From Pseudomonadota bacterium (GTDB lineage: Bacteria > Bdellovibrionota_C > UBA2361 > SZUA-149), in assembly GCA_029555385.1 (NCBI GenBank), contig JAKPSH010000207.1:7092-71091 (forward strand): a stretch of DNA of 64,000 nucleotides, in the 5' to 3' direction. A program made the translations under genes and the position numbers. Position 1 is the first letter of the stretch. Each line of letters begins with the position of its first letter. The notes beneath the pieces were generated by a model. It saw only the letters and a program-made list of their open reading frames with translations, was not told the origin of the DNA and did not search any database. Positions 18,831 through 28,363 of this stretch are shown here, piece by piece.

Positions 18831-19490
18831 TTAAGCGATATATTGAACCAGGTTCTGGGCTCCGCCGTATTCGCCGAGAAGCGCACTGAACTCACCGAGG
18901 AAGCCTTCCATTTCTGCTTCACTCACCACATCACTTGGCGCATAAATAATGCCGGCTGCCGATTCAGTCAGCGGCTTCAGTTTGCCCGCCATAGAATCTT
19001 TGATTGGATTGCCCAGCGGAACTCCCGCCTCCGGCGCACCCCCGCACACACAGATCAGGCCAGCAAGATTTATTGACTGCCCGCTTTCATTAAACACGTA
19101 TTGCTCGCCCGGTTGACCACAGCGGATACATATGGAGCCACTGAGTACACTGGCGTCCAGCAAACTAATGGGCAATCCGCTACGCAGAGAAAGGTAGTTG
19201 TTAATGTCGACCAAGTTATTGATGAACGGGAAGCGACCCTCTCTTGCCGCCTGCACCAAGTATTCACTCGCCGGCTTATTCCTGCCGCTCGGCTTAAAAC
19301 CACCGCGGCGAAGCAGATTGCGCACCCCATCTTTGAGCGCCGCAGGCGGAAATTCGGCGGCCATCCGCGCTTCAACCAACCGATCAATAAGCGCACGAAG
19401 CGAGGCGGGACTGGGCAGAACGGAAACTCCCTCCGCGAGAACAACCCCGGCCAGCAACCCTTGAGCCTTCAACTGATTGACCACTTCCAT
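18831..19490 (-). CDS. B3/4-domain protein (related to the Phe-tRNA ligase beta-subunit editing domain)
   Basis: Start at MEVVNQ with GGAGG 9 nt upstream; the track ORF extends to 19601. About 220 aa, matching the stand-alone B3_4 family. Confidence 0.55.
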   Translation of the reverse strand: MEVVNQLKAQGLLAGVVLAEGVSVLPSPASLRALIDRLVEARMAAEFPPAALKDGVRNLLRRGGFKPSGRNKPASEYLVQAAREGRFPFINNLVDINNYLSLRSGLPISLLDASVLSGSICIRCGQPGEQYVFNESGQSINLAGLICVCGGAPEAGVPLGNPIKDSMAGKLKPLTESAAGIIYAPSDVVSEAEMEGFLGEFSALLGEYGGAQNLVQYIA

Positions 19491-19664
19491 ATTCGTTGAC
19501 CCTCCACCGGTTAAGCATCTGCCGGAAACAGAATAAACGGGCGCTCGATGCTGCGTGGACACACCAACGGCACGAGCGGGCAGCCGCACCCTGCCCGGCA
19601 TGCTCCTGTGCGAAATTACGGAGTTGTGCTACGTTACTTCCCCTAAGCACCGATCACAACAAGA

Positions 19665-20984
19665 ATGGAGCCGGCGCATGAAGGGAAACGATACACTAAT
19701 GGCAGCATTAAACGGCCTGATCAAGCAGCTTGGGCAGCCGAATTACCTGACAGAACAATTAGGCTGACGCAAAAGGTGCAGTTTCCCTGCCCGCACTATC
19801 TTACAGGCCGCTGCTGTTCGTGCTCTGTAGCCGCAGAAACTTCCGGTCCGGATGGAGGGACCGATCTGGCCGCGTACCTCGCTCATGCCGTCAGGCTCAA
19901 GGAGTCGCATCTCCAAGCAGAACTTGCCTCACTCCTGGCACAAATCCCGTCAGGCACCCCAGCCGTGCAGCCGATGTTCGCGCCGCAGACAGTTCTACCA
20001 TCACGGGCCAAAGCCAAAATTGCCGTATCTGGCGCTTTAGCTCAGCCGATCCTGGGTTTGATTGATGATAATTATCGCGGCATTGAACTGCTCGACTGTC
20101 CTCTCCACTTTCCTCTCCTCAACCGGCTTATTCGATATATTAGGGAAATGATCCCTCGTTACAAGCTGTTTCCCTACGACATCAACACGCGCCGCGGGGA
20201 ACTCAAAGCATTGCTGCTTGTCTGCCGCCGGGACGAAACACAAGCAATGGTTCGGTTTGTGCTGCGCAGCTCGGAGGCTCTGCCACGGGTGAAGAAAGCT
20301 GCGCTTGAACTGCAAAACACCTTCCCTGAAGCTCAGGTCATCAGCGCCAATATTCAACCGCTGCCTGCGGCAATCCTCGAGGGCACCGAAGAATACCTGT
20401 TTAGCTCAGCCGATTGCATTTGGGAGGACTATGGTATTTGCCGCATCGCGCTTGCGCCTCAGTGTTTTCTGCAGGTGACGCCCGAAACGGCATCTGCTCT
20501 TTACGCCCATGCAGCTTCGTGGACAAAACGCCTGGGAAGCCGCCGTATTCTTGATCTGTATTGCGGTGCAGGCGCTTTTTCTCTGGCCTGCGCCGCCCAT
20601 AGCGCTTCCTTACGCGGACTGGAAATTTCGCCGAGAGCGGTTGAGTGCGCCCGTTTGGGAGCCGCGGACGCGGCGCTACATGCCGTAGACTTTATTTGTG
20701 CCGATGCAGACTCGGATACGGAATCTCTAAGAGAATTCGAACCCGACACTGTTATCCTGAATCCGCCGCGGCGCGGTGCAAGCCCGGCGCTCATTGGCGC
20801 GCTTGTTCGCTCCCGGGTAAAAAACATCATATATTCAAGCTGCAATTTTGGGACCTTATGCCGCGATCTTAAACTCTTAACGGACGGCTTTGACTTAATT
20901 GAACTTGCTTCGTTTGACATGTTTCCGATGACGAAACACTATGAGGTGGTTGCAGTATTAAACAGGCGGGATAAGAGAAACTAG
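19665..20984 (+). CDS. 23S rRNA (uracil-C5)-methyltransferase, RlmC/RumB-like (TrmA family, no TRAM domain)
   Basis: Fe-S Cys cluster CPHYLTGRCCSC, SAM-binding LDLYCGAGAFSL, ILNPPRRG, nucleophile IYSSCN and C-terminal FDMFPMTKHYEVV. The real start is probably internal, e.g. in-frame GTG at 19776 just before the Cys cluster. Confidence 0.75.
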   Translation: MEPAHEGKRYTNGSIKRPDQAAWAAELPDRTIRLTQKVQFPCPHYLTGRCCSCSVAAETSGPDGGTDLAAYLAHAVRLKESHLQAELASLLAQIPSGTPAVQPMFAPQTVLPSRAKAKIAVSGALAQPILGLIDDNYRGIELLDCPLHFPLLNRLIRYIREMIPRYKLFPYDINTRRGELKALLLVCRRDETQAMVRFVLRSSEALPRVKKAALELQNTFPEAQVISANIQPLPAAILEGTEEYLFSSADCIWEDYGICRIALAPQCFLQVTPETASALYAHAASWTKRLGSRRILDLYCGAGAFSLACAAHSASLRGLEISPRAVECARLGAADAALHAVDFICADADSDTESLREFEPDTVILNPPRRGASPALIGALVRSRVKNIIYSSCNFGTLCRDLKLLTDGFDLIELASFDMFPMTKHYEVVAVLNRRDKRN

Positions 20985-21005
20985 AGGGCGGCATGCCCGC
21001 CCTCC
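20985..21005. terminator. palindromic hairpin between convergent genes (bidirectional terminator candidate)
   Basis: gagggcgGCATGCccgccctc is a perfect 8-bp stem with a 4-nt loop. It sits 1 nt after the rlmC-like stop and 12 nt after the stop of the minus-strand small basic protein. No clean U-run. Confidence 0.4.
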
Positions 21006-21017
21006 GTCGGCAGCAAA

Positions 21018-21176
21018 CTACTTCTTCTTCGCCACCTTCTTAGCAACTTTCTTAACAACTTTCTTTTTGGCCGGGGCTTTTTTCTTTGCGGGCATTTTGC
21101 ACGTACCGCAGCACTCAGCCATTTTTGCCTTTGGTTTTGCTTTAGCTTTCGTAGCTTTCTTAACGGCTTTAGCCAT
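21018..21176 (-). CDS. 52-aa lysine/alanine-rich basic protein with CCGTC motif (histone-H1-like composition), absent from the ORF track
   Basis: Manual translation gives MAKAVKKATKAKAKPKAKMAECCGTCKMPAKKKAPAKKKVVKKVAKKVAKKK*. GGAGAAATAGTT precedes the ATG. It is followed by the hairpin terminator. Confidence 0.5.
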   Translation of the reverse strand: MAKAVKKATKAKAKPKAKMAECCGTCKMPAKKKAPAKKKVVKKVAKKVAKKK

Positions 21177-21318
21177 AACTATTTCTCCGAATTGGATAAC
21201 ACAAAAACTGCACTAGGCGTTACCTTACCTATGTTTTAGCGATCGTCCAAGTAGAAAAGTGACACAGGCTGGCAAGTCTTGACTTCAGATGGAGAGCGCG
21301 CAGCGCGCTCTCGCGTGA

Positions 21319-21714
21319 TTACCGGCGGGCGAGGCACCGCGCTTCGGGTACAGCCAATGTCACTGGCGCGCGCCCCGGGAGCACCAGTTGGCGAAACACC
21401 ACCTCGTAAATCTCCCATTCCTTTCCGGACGTCGGCAGGATCAAACTGGCCCGGCGCTGGTGCAAACCGAAGCAGCTCCGGTGCGCCAGACGCACGATCA
21501 CCGTGTCCGTCACTCCCAGTCCGGCAAGCCATGGTGCTGCCGCGGGATCAAACGTGCACGAACAGTAAAGCCCGTGCCTCCACTCTGACCGGCGACTGTG
21601 CATCGCCGCGCGGACCTGCTCCAGGACAACCTGCCAATCTGCACTGGACCAACGGATAAACCGGTTCAGATGGTCCTTGCGCGCTTGAAATCCCATGCCG
21701 ATGATGTCTTCCAT
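21319..21714 (-). CDS. hypothetical protein
   Basis: 131-aa ORF with balanced composition and a weak AGGAGA upstream. It overlaps the tail of the alternative ORF 21548..22120. Confidence 0.3.
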   Translation of the reverse strand: MEDIIGMGFQARKDHLNRFIRWSSADWQVVLEQVRAAMHSRRSEWRHGLYCSCTFDPAAAPWLAGLGVTDTVIVRLAHRSCFGLHQRRASLILPTSGKEWEIYEVVFRQLVLPGRAPVTLAVPEARCLARR

Positions 21715-21966
21715 CCCACGTTCTCCTGCGGAAAGTCTCCTTCGGGTCCGCAGGTTTGATTTTTTTCAAACTTGCGGGCCCGAAGTAAGGGATAAAGAAG
21801 ACACTATCTCCGGCAACCTCAACAAAACCTGATACGCTGCGTACTCTCGCTAGAACCATGAAATCACCCAAAGCTTTAGCGATAGCCGCTGGCGGTATTA
21901 CTATTTCCGCATAGCTTACTGTATTATTTAACATTTGGAAAGACCTGCTCTCAGCGGCAGGTAAGC

Positions 21967-22572
21967 CTACGGACGGGGCGGGTCCACGGGAACCGGCCCA
22001 CACGAATGACCTTTCCTGTACGGCAGAGTGATCGTGCGGGAGAAGTTTAACACCGGAGGCTGCGACATAATCATGCCGCAAACAAAACAAGGAATCTGCC
22101 CACCAGCCGTGATTGCGCAAAGACGGTCCGGATTATCATAATTAAAATAATCCGGCGGCGGGATGCATGCCGGATCCCACGGATTCATGAAGCACGGATC
22201 GCTCCACGGATCCCAGGTCAGCCAGTCCGGTGTCGGCGTTGGGCTTGGCGCTTCCAGGATGTCGATAATCCGGCAAACGATCGCTGCGGGTGAAATCATT
22301 TCCGTATAGGGCCTGGCCACCGCGGATTCGTACCGGGCGAGCGCATTAAAGAGAAAACTACGGGCATCCGTGCTGCATGTGCCCCCAGGAACGACAAGCG
22401 CCTCTCGCGCCGCTTCATGCAACGCGTCGGTAAACACCAGATAGCGCCGGAACGCTTGACCAAATTCAACAACCCCGATGACGAAGAAGAAGAAAATGCC
22501 GAACACTAGCGCCGACTCTACCAACGTAGCTCCCTCTTCGCTTCGCATCCTCAGACGGCGCGATAATCCCAT
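21967..22572 (-). CDS. TadE-like protein (Flp/Tad pilus minor pilin / assembly)
   Basis: N-terminal TadE motif …EEGATLVESALVFGIFFFFVIGVVEFGQAF…, then a Pro/Trp/Cys-rich C-terminus. Confidence 0.65.
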   Translation of the reverse strand: MGLSRRLRMRSEEGATLVESALVFGIFFFFVIGVVEFGQAFRRYLVFTDALHEAAREALVVPGGTCSTDARSFLFNALARYESAVARPYTEMISPAAIVCRIIDILEAPSPTPTPDWLTWDPWSDPCFMNPWDPACIPPPDYFNYDNPDRLCAITAGGQIPCFVCGMIMSQPPVLNFSRTITLPYRKGHSCGPVPVDPPRP

Positions 22573-22581
22573 CTTAACCTC

Positions 22582-23133
22582 CTAGCAGATCGGCTGCAAA
22601 ACAGCCGTCCCCTGCTGCACCACATTTTCTTCCGGCTTCATGCCGGAACGGGTAATCAGCTCGCTGCTCAAACAAGGCAGGCTCCAGTTAAGCGCAGACT
22701 GCCATCCGGGCAGCGCGAACAATCCCTGGCGCGGCCTCCGGCGTTGAATAACGACCCGCACAGAAGGCGCATCAATAATAGTTCCCCCGCGGACAAATAC
22801 AAAGTAATCCGCCGGATCGACAAAAAGCGAACCACTCAGCGTTTGATTTGCTGCCGTCAGCGCCACAAGCTGGATTGCATACCGCTGGTCCTCAGGCGTA
22901 TCCACCAGGGATGTTGGCGCCGGATACATTGACGCGGCCTGAGCGCCCGCCCCAGCCGCTTCGAGCATCACCGAACGTTCTTCGAGCACCAAACCGAGCT
23001 CAGTAACTCCAGCGCAAAAAAATACAAGGAGCCAGAGGACAAGCGCAAACTCAAGGATTGCCGTGCCGCGGCAAGCGTTCTCCGGCCTTGCTGCCCGAGC
23101 TGTGCATCGCATCTTGAATGGCCCGCCTTTCAT
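22582..23133 (-). CDS. TadE-like protein (second copy)
   Basis: …CRGTAILEFALVLWLLVFFCAGVTELG… is a TadE N-terminal motif. It lies 10 nt downstream of the TadG-like gene. The likely start is MRCTAR at 23112. Confidence 0.65.
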   Translation of the reverse strand: MKGGPFKMRCTARAARPENACRGTAILEFALVLWLLVFFCAGVTELGLVLEERSVMLEAAGAGAQAASMYPAPTSLVDTPEDQRYAIQLVALTAANQTLSGSLFVDPADYFVFVRGGTIIDAPSVRVVIQRRRPRQGLFALPGWQSALNWSLPCLSSELITRSGMKPEENVVQQGTAVLQPIC

Positions 23134-23144
23134 GTCTCTCGCTT

Positions 23145-25259
23145 CTAGTCAACCAGCCGTGGATCCGGCTTCGATGCAAACTGATACGAAGGCACGAGGC
23201 CGGTCTTGCACGCCATCGTCCCGCGCATGTTATTGCATCCGCTAAAGCCAACGCTGCCCGCCCCACCGGTCGAGGCAAGACACGCTTCATGCTGCGGATC
23301 TCCCGCCGGCGGACACTGATATGGCGGAACATTAAAGCCCCAGAGGTTGTCCGGAATTGCGGCGATTTCGTTGCAGTACTCCTTTTCGAAGGTGGAAACC
23401 CACGATGTTATCTCACTAAACATGATTCGCGGTGTTATCGGGGGAGGACGCCCGATATCCGCGTCGGAGATTTGCAGCTTCACAAATCCGATGATCTGGT
23501 ACTTATAGTTGAAATCATCTGCGATTGGCGGATCAACCGAAGCTTTAGGTGAACCCATACCCGTGCAGGGCTTGGCCGCCGCGCCTTTGTCCGCGATGAT
23601 CGGGATAGATACTTCCCACGCCGACATCGGTTCCAGCATAAAATTGAGAAATCCGCTGCAAGACTTGTTGCGCTCCGCTGCGGTGCCCCCCGCACTGACC
23701 TTGAGCCAGGTATTAATCAGATCATGAGCAAACCAGCCGATGGGAAAATGGCCTGCGTTCTGCGAAATATACTCTGGCGACCGGTACACGTGATGGGGAA
23801 ACATAGAGTTGCACATGCCGCTAACCAGCCGCGGCCCGCCAGCGGCCCAGTTCGCCACCGGTGACCAAACCGCCCCACCCTCGCAATGCGGCGTGGTGTA
23901 GTAATCACGGCGCGGGTTTACGCAGCCCAGATCGTTGCCTACCGGATAATTGTAGTACCATAACGGCATTTGGCCGAAAGTCGTCTTCTCGCCAGCCGTC
24001 ACATAATAAATTTCGGGGTCGAGATAATGATCCCACAGCGCTTTCTCGGTCAGAGAATCGGTGAAGCCTTGCGGCAATACCCGGAAATCCTCTCCGATCT
24101 GCGCCGGCACCAAATTTCCAGTCACCAGGATATTTGTTCTGATCCACTGTTCAATGCCAGACGGAGCCACTCCGGACGGCACAGCGCTTTCCGGAAGCCC
24201 GATGACGCCATAATGTTTCGAAATCTGCGACAGACGCGGAGCGCCGTCGAACCCTTGCACCCAACCAGCGACAAGCGGAAAAAAATCAATATCAAAAATA
24301 TCAGGCGAGCCGTTGTCGCAGTCTTGCGGGTCACAAAGCATAAACGTCTGGCAAGGGCTGACTGGGCAGATGGTCTGCGGGTCCACATTCGAACAATAGA
24401 TGTCAAAGGCATACCAGTCCTTGTTTTGGCAATTTGCTTCAAGCGGCATTTCTTCCCAGTTCGTATCAGGCAGGAAACCGCAGTTATCGTCGTCAAAGGG
24501 ATCGAGACAGTAGCGATCGGCGCGTGTGAAATATCTGCGGTATGGACATTGCTCCCGCGGACTGAATTCGGCTGAATCATCAAGAATCGCACATACCGGC
24601 AGCGCAATCGGTGCAATAGGAACACTCGGCTGATATAAGTCGCCGCCGATTGCCGTTGCGCTTGCGCGCAGGTCATACTGCGGGCCGAACGGCAGCAGCA
24701 GCATATGCAAACCGCGGCGCTGAAGCGTTACACGCACCGCGTTTGCTGCAACCGCCGGGGGAATACCCGGATGCTGCGTCTGCCAATTCTCCCCTTCATA
24801 ACCGGGAGCAGCCTCAAACGCCTCAAACCATGGCGGACTATTAGGCGGTGTAATTGCCGCCGGCGCGGAGCCGACCGGCCACCAGCGCCCGCGCTGAATA
24901 TCAACAGTATAAGTTCCCGAAGGATCCTCCCAGCGCGGACCGGTCCCGGCAGCCGTGCTGAGATTGAGTTTTGCTGAATCACGCGAAATACTGCCATGCA
25001 CGGCGTGCCGGTTGATAGTTTCTGCGGCAACGCTTTGCGCACGCTCCCAGCAGTAGCTTGAACCGCAAAGCGCTGTCGCACCCGATAGCGCAGCGGCATC
25101 TGCGGCAGCCTGGAGCTCTGTGCGCAGCAGCCGGACATAAGCCAAGTTGGCAACTACGCCCACCATTGAAATGAGCGCCAGCAAGAGCAGCGCAAACAGC
25201 ACAATAACTACTCCGGCTGCTCCACGCCGTCTGCCGCACTTGACAAATTGACTGATCAT
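23145..25259 (-). CDS. TadG-like large secreted protein (Flp pilus-assembly TadG N-terminal domain; Cys/Trp-rich)
   Basis: 704 aa. N-terminal …RRGAAGVVIVLFALLLLALISMVGVVANLAYVRLLRTELQAAADAAALSGA… matches the TadG_N pattern. The rest is Cys-, Pro-, Trp- and Tyr-rich extracellular-type sequence. Confidence 0.7.
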   Translation of the reverse strand: MISQFVKCGRRRGAAGVVIVLFALLLLALISMVGVVANLAYVRLLRTELQAAADAAALSGATALCGSSYCWERAQSVAAETINRHAVHGSISRDSAKLNLSTAAGTGPRWEDPSGTYTVDIQRGRWWPVGSAPAAITPPNSPPWFEAFEAAPGYEGENWQTQHPGIPPAVAANAVRVTLQRRGLHMLLLPFGPQYDLRASATAIGGDLYQPSVPIAPIALPVCAILDDSAEFSPREQCPYRRYFTRADRYCLDPFDDDNCGFLPDTNWEEMPLEANCQNKDWYAFDIYCSNVDPQTICPVSPCQTFMLCDPQDCDNGSPDIFDIDFFPLVAGWVQGFDGAPRLSQISKHYGVIGLPESAVPSGVAPSGIEQWIRTNILVTGNLVPAQIGEDFRVLPQGFTDSLTEKALWDHYLDPEIYYVTAGEKTTFGQMPLWYYNYPVGNDLGCVNPRRDYYTTPHCEGGAVWSPVANWAAGGPRLVSGMCNSMFPHHVYRSPEYISQNAGHFPIGWFAHDLINTWLKVSAGGTAAERNKSCSGFLNFMLEPMSAWEVSIPIIADKGAAAKPCTGMGSPKASVDPPIADDFNYKYQIIGFVKLQISDADIGRPPPITPRIMFSEITSWVSTFEKEYCNEIAAIPDNLWGFNVPPYQCPPAGDPQHEACLASTGGAGSVGFSGCNNMRGTMACKTGLVPSYQFASKPDPRLVD

Positions 25260-25873
25260 TGTCCGGGTGATTGCTCTTCCATCCAGCCGAGTTTCCGGCG
25301 CAGACTTTCCAATGTCGCGCAGGCCTTTTGCGGATCGTCGTTGACCAGCCCTGCGGCGGCCTTCGTCTCGTCGGTAAACTGAACTGCCTGCGCAGTGCTA
25401 ACCTGACCGGCTTTGAAACGGCGGGCAAACTCATCATGCATCTGCACAAACACGCCGTGCGCATCATCACCGCCGCAGCGCCCACTGGCGGCTGCGGCAC
25501 GGCCGCTTTCCTTGGCTCTCGCAGACTTCGGCCCCGGGGAATGCTCGACGCTTGCTTCGGACGGCTCGAACGAAACACCGTAATATCCGGCCAGTCTGGC
25601 GTAGGCTTGACATACATCCGCGGCGGGACCGCGCTCCGGTGCAGTCTTAAGCTTTTTCAAGCGCGAAAAATATTCCGCCGCCTGCATTTGTTTTTCTTTC
25701 TTCTGGGGAACGCCATCCGGAAGCTGCTTTACCTCCTTAGCCAACACGGCGCCGTGGCGGCTAAGCATCATCTCCATGCGCCGCGCTTGAGCACGATCAC
25801 ACTGTGCGGCGGCCTGATCCAAAGGAAAAGACGAAATAAACAGCAGACTGACAACAAAGACTCTCATCTTCAT
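25256..25873 (-). CDS. secreted hypothetical protein (first gene of the Tad-like operon)
   Basis: Signal peptide MKMRVFVVSLLFISSFPLDQAAAQ. 205 aa. A 4-nt overlap with the TadG-like gene indicates an operon. Confidence 0.5.
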   Translation of the reverse strand: MKMRVFVVSLLFISSFPLDQAAAQCDRAQARRMEMMLSRHGAVLAKEVKQLPDGVPQKKEKQMQAAEYFSRLKKLKTAPERGPAADVCQAYARLAGYYGVSFEPSEASVEHSPGPKSARAKESGRAAAASGRCGGDDAHGVFVQMHDEFARRFKAGQVSTAQAVQFTDETKAAAGLVNDDPQKACATLESLRRKLGWMEEQSPGQ

Positions 25874-26208
25874 GCAGCAAACAGAAAAGGACTCTGCGCA
25901 AATAATTGGTCCCCGGCACCTGGCTCAAGAGCCGGAGATTCCTGGTACATATACTCGCATACCTGACGAGGGACAATCGAAATTACTTTCTTGAGCCGGA
26001 CGTAGCTTCTTGCATACTGTATCCGGGCAATAACTCGCGGAGTCAGGAAGTCGCACTTCCTTTTGCGCAACAATATGGCAAACTGCGCACTGGATATTTC
26101 CTAGCCGCTTTGTAGCAAACACGTGCTTAAGGGCCGGTCCTATCTTTTCGATCGGTATTTTGCGATGTAAGTTACAGTCAAGCGCACAAAGAGATGGAGG
26201 AAAGAAAG

Positions 26209-26637
26209 ATGGGCCATGCTTCCCGGATGCTTCGAATTGCCGGCGCCATAATGTGTATCGCTGTAGTTGTTGGTGAACCGCGCTGTGCACAGGCGATCGA
26301 ACTGCAGATTTTCAACAACATGAAAGAAAAAGAACCAGGGTCAATTTTCATGATTGAAAACGCGCGCTCTGCCGAAGCTCCGGACAATAAGATCCAGTTC
26401 CGGGTGCTGCCTGGCGAAACCAAGAACATTACCGGCGGCAATGTGATTGCTTTTGTGCTGGTTCGCGTTTTTCACGACCATAAACTCAAATATGACGTCT
26501 CCTGCCCTGCCGACGCACAGGGCGCACACAAGATTACTTTAATCGATGTGCACGACAATAAGCTGCCGGGCGGCTGTAAGGTTGAGCGGACCGGGCATTG
26601 GTCGAAAATGACCGGCATGAACTGGGGCCATTTGTAA
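26209..26637 (+). CDS. secreted hypothetical protein
   Basis: GGAGGAAAGAAAG SD before the ATG at 26209. Signal-peptide-like N-terminus (…RIAGAIMCIAVVVGEPRCAQA). Confidence 0.45.
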   Translation: MGHASRMLRIAGAIMCIAVVVGEPRCAQAIELQIFNNMKEKEPGSIFMIENARSAEAPDNKIQFRVLPGETKNITGGNVIAFVLVRVFHDHKLKYDVSCPADAQGAHKITLIDVHDNKLPGGCKVERTGHWSKMTGMNWGHL

Positions 26638-26689
26638 GAACGAGTCTCGCCTTCTTATTGAATTACCGCGTCCTTGCTCAGACATACGT

Positions 26690-27175
26690 CTAAAACAAAC
26701 TATCCGCCGGACGGCCTTGAAAGTGTTTGCCGCGTTTTTTGGGCTGCTGCTTTTTTATCTTCTTTTCCAACTGCGCCTTTTCGATTGCCGCCTCACCGAC
26801 CATGTTGGCTACTTTGTCTACTTTCTCTGAGACGTCGTTGAGACGAGTAATCAGCGTATTAGCATTCCAGTCGATGACTTCCTTATCCACCTCAATTTCG
26901 TGGCTGGTCCGATTCATCATATCACGCAAATACTCACGCTCTTCTTTTGCCTCTTTCATCTGCTGCGTGAGGCCTTGAAGAAAGTCTGGTATTTTTTCCG
27001 GTTTGATTTTGACCGGCACCATTTTCTCAGGCGGTTCGGGCTCTGGTTCACGCCAAGCGCCGGTTGCCACCCAGACAAATGAAACTACACAGATAAAAGC
27101 AGCCGCAGCCCAGACGCGGTGATCTGTCGTGACAATCAGTTTCAGGTCTGCCAGTGCTTGCTTGAGTCCGGTCAC
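26690..27175 (-). CDS. membrane-anchored coiled-coil protein, hypothetical
   Basis: One N-terminal TM helix followed by a Lys/Glu-rich coiled coil. Confidence 0.45.
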   Translation of the reverse strand: MTGLKQALADLKLIVTTDHRVWAAAAFICVVSFVWVATGAWREPEPEPPEKMVPVKIKPEKIPDFLQGLTQQMKEAKEEREYLRDMMNRTSHEIEVDKEVIDWNANTLITRLNDVSEKVDKVANMVGEAAIEKAQLEKKIKKQQPKKRGKHFQGRPADSLF

Positions 27176-27356
27176 GTTTCGCTAATCACTTGAAAAAATT
27201 AAATTCTTTCCCCCTTTAGTGTTATGGACCCACAGGAGCTGACCGTGACTTGCTTTGTGCCGGCCTGTATCGTGCCCCGCAAGCACCCGTGACAACTCCC
27301 TTTTTAGAAAGTCCGCTCTCAGCTATGATGGATGGTCTGGGGGGGTTAAATTACGT

Positions 27357-27797
27357 ATGTGCAGCGTCAAGACATTTGCCCTGGTTAAAGGCCTGCTCAC
27401 ATGTATATGTGTGCTGCTTTTCTCCGGCTGTCCGGCATTTTTACTGGGCGGCGCGGCAGTGGGCGCGGCCGGAGCCTATTATCTTGGCGAACTCACCGCA
27501 ACGCGAAACGCCACGCTCACTCAAGCCTGGCTCGCAAGCGAATCCGCCCTTGAAGAACTGGGGATCGTTGTTGTCAGCAAGGAAAGAGATGGGCTGACTG
27601 GAGTAATTCACGCGAAAGGCGCCGAAGAAAAGACTATTCGGATTCACCTAAAAAAAATCTTCGATGACGTGACTGAAATAAAAGTGCGCGTGGGCACTCT
27701 GGGTGACGAGATGCAGTCACGCATTATCTTCGAGCGTATTGAAAATTACCTTACCTCGCCACGCCCCGGCACAGTTCATCCCAAGCTGCCTTCCTAA
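27357..27797 (+). CDS. hypothetical lipoprotein (DUF3568-like pattern)
   Basis: Start at MCSVKTFALVKGLLTCICVLLFSGC (lipobox LFSGC). The track ORF begins at 27255. Confidence 0.45.
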   Translation: MCSVKTFALVKGLLTCICVLLFSGCPAFLLGGAAVGAAGAYYLGELTATRNATLTQAWLASESALEELGIVVVSKERDGLTGVIHAKGAEEKTIRIHLKKIFDDVTEIKVRVGTLGDEMQSRIIFERIENYLTSPRPGTVHPKLPS

Positions 27798-28363
27798 TGT
27801 TTTGCTAAAACCCCGTAACTACAATTAATCTTTGTCCCCTTAAACGGCAATTTCTGCTATTTTTTTCTAATCTATTCCCATAACCAGCAGATAAAGGTAT
27901 TAATACGCCCTGCGGACTGCCCAGGTGCTCAAAAGCGTTCCAATTCAGGCCGCACGTTTGAATGTTCTTAACACCCGGCAATCCGAATCAGCGTTGACCC
28001 AACCGCCGCCTAAATAGGTGTTGGAGCGCAGCATGCGGCGGCACCAATAGCCGCAGAACTAATGCTCCTTAATTGTTAGTCCAGGGAAGAAGATTAGCGG
28101 CAATCCCTTTCTGAACCAGCGGCCAGTCGCCGGTTCGCAGAGAGATTGCTGTGGCATTTAAATGTTTTTCGAAGGTTTGATTGCTGCACGCTTGATCTTC
28201 AATGCGCATTAATCTGTGCGCAGTTTCATCGCTTTAACCGGTGTGTTCAGCGCTGGGCAGCGTGGAGGGAAATCGCTTTCCTTGCCCGCTGCTCAGCCAG
28301 GCAAACACATTTCACTCTTGGCGGCTGCCATGCAGTCCGCAAACCTACTCGAAAGGACGGTAT

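Noticed and set aside
19665-19775. N-terminal 37 aa of the RlmC-like ORF (MEPAHEGKRYTNGSIK…)
   Set aside because: Probably not translated. RlmC-type enzymes begin at the Cys cluster, and an in-frame GTG at 19776 sits right before it. The feature is kept at track coordinates with a note.
21548-22120. 190-aa ORF overlapping the TadE-like gene and ORF 21319..21714. Its downstream part (from the Met at 21934, MLNNTVSYAEIVIPP…) could be a separate small gene or Flp-like pilin.
   Set aside because: No Flp motif (G…EY…) and no SD. The composition degenerates after about 60 aa, and the ORF overlaps two other candidates. Left as an unresolved possible pseudogene.
25874-26208. Searched the intergenic region upstream of the Tad-like operon for a small Flp pilin gene
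   Set aside because: No ORF with a signal peptide plus Flp motif was found on either strand.
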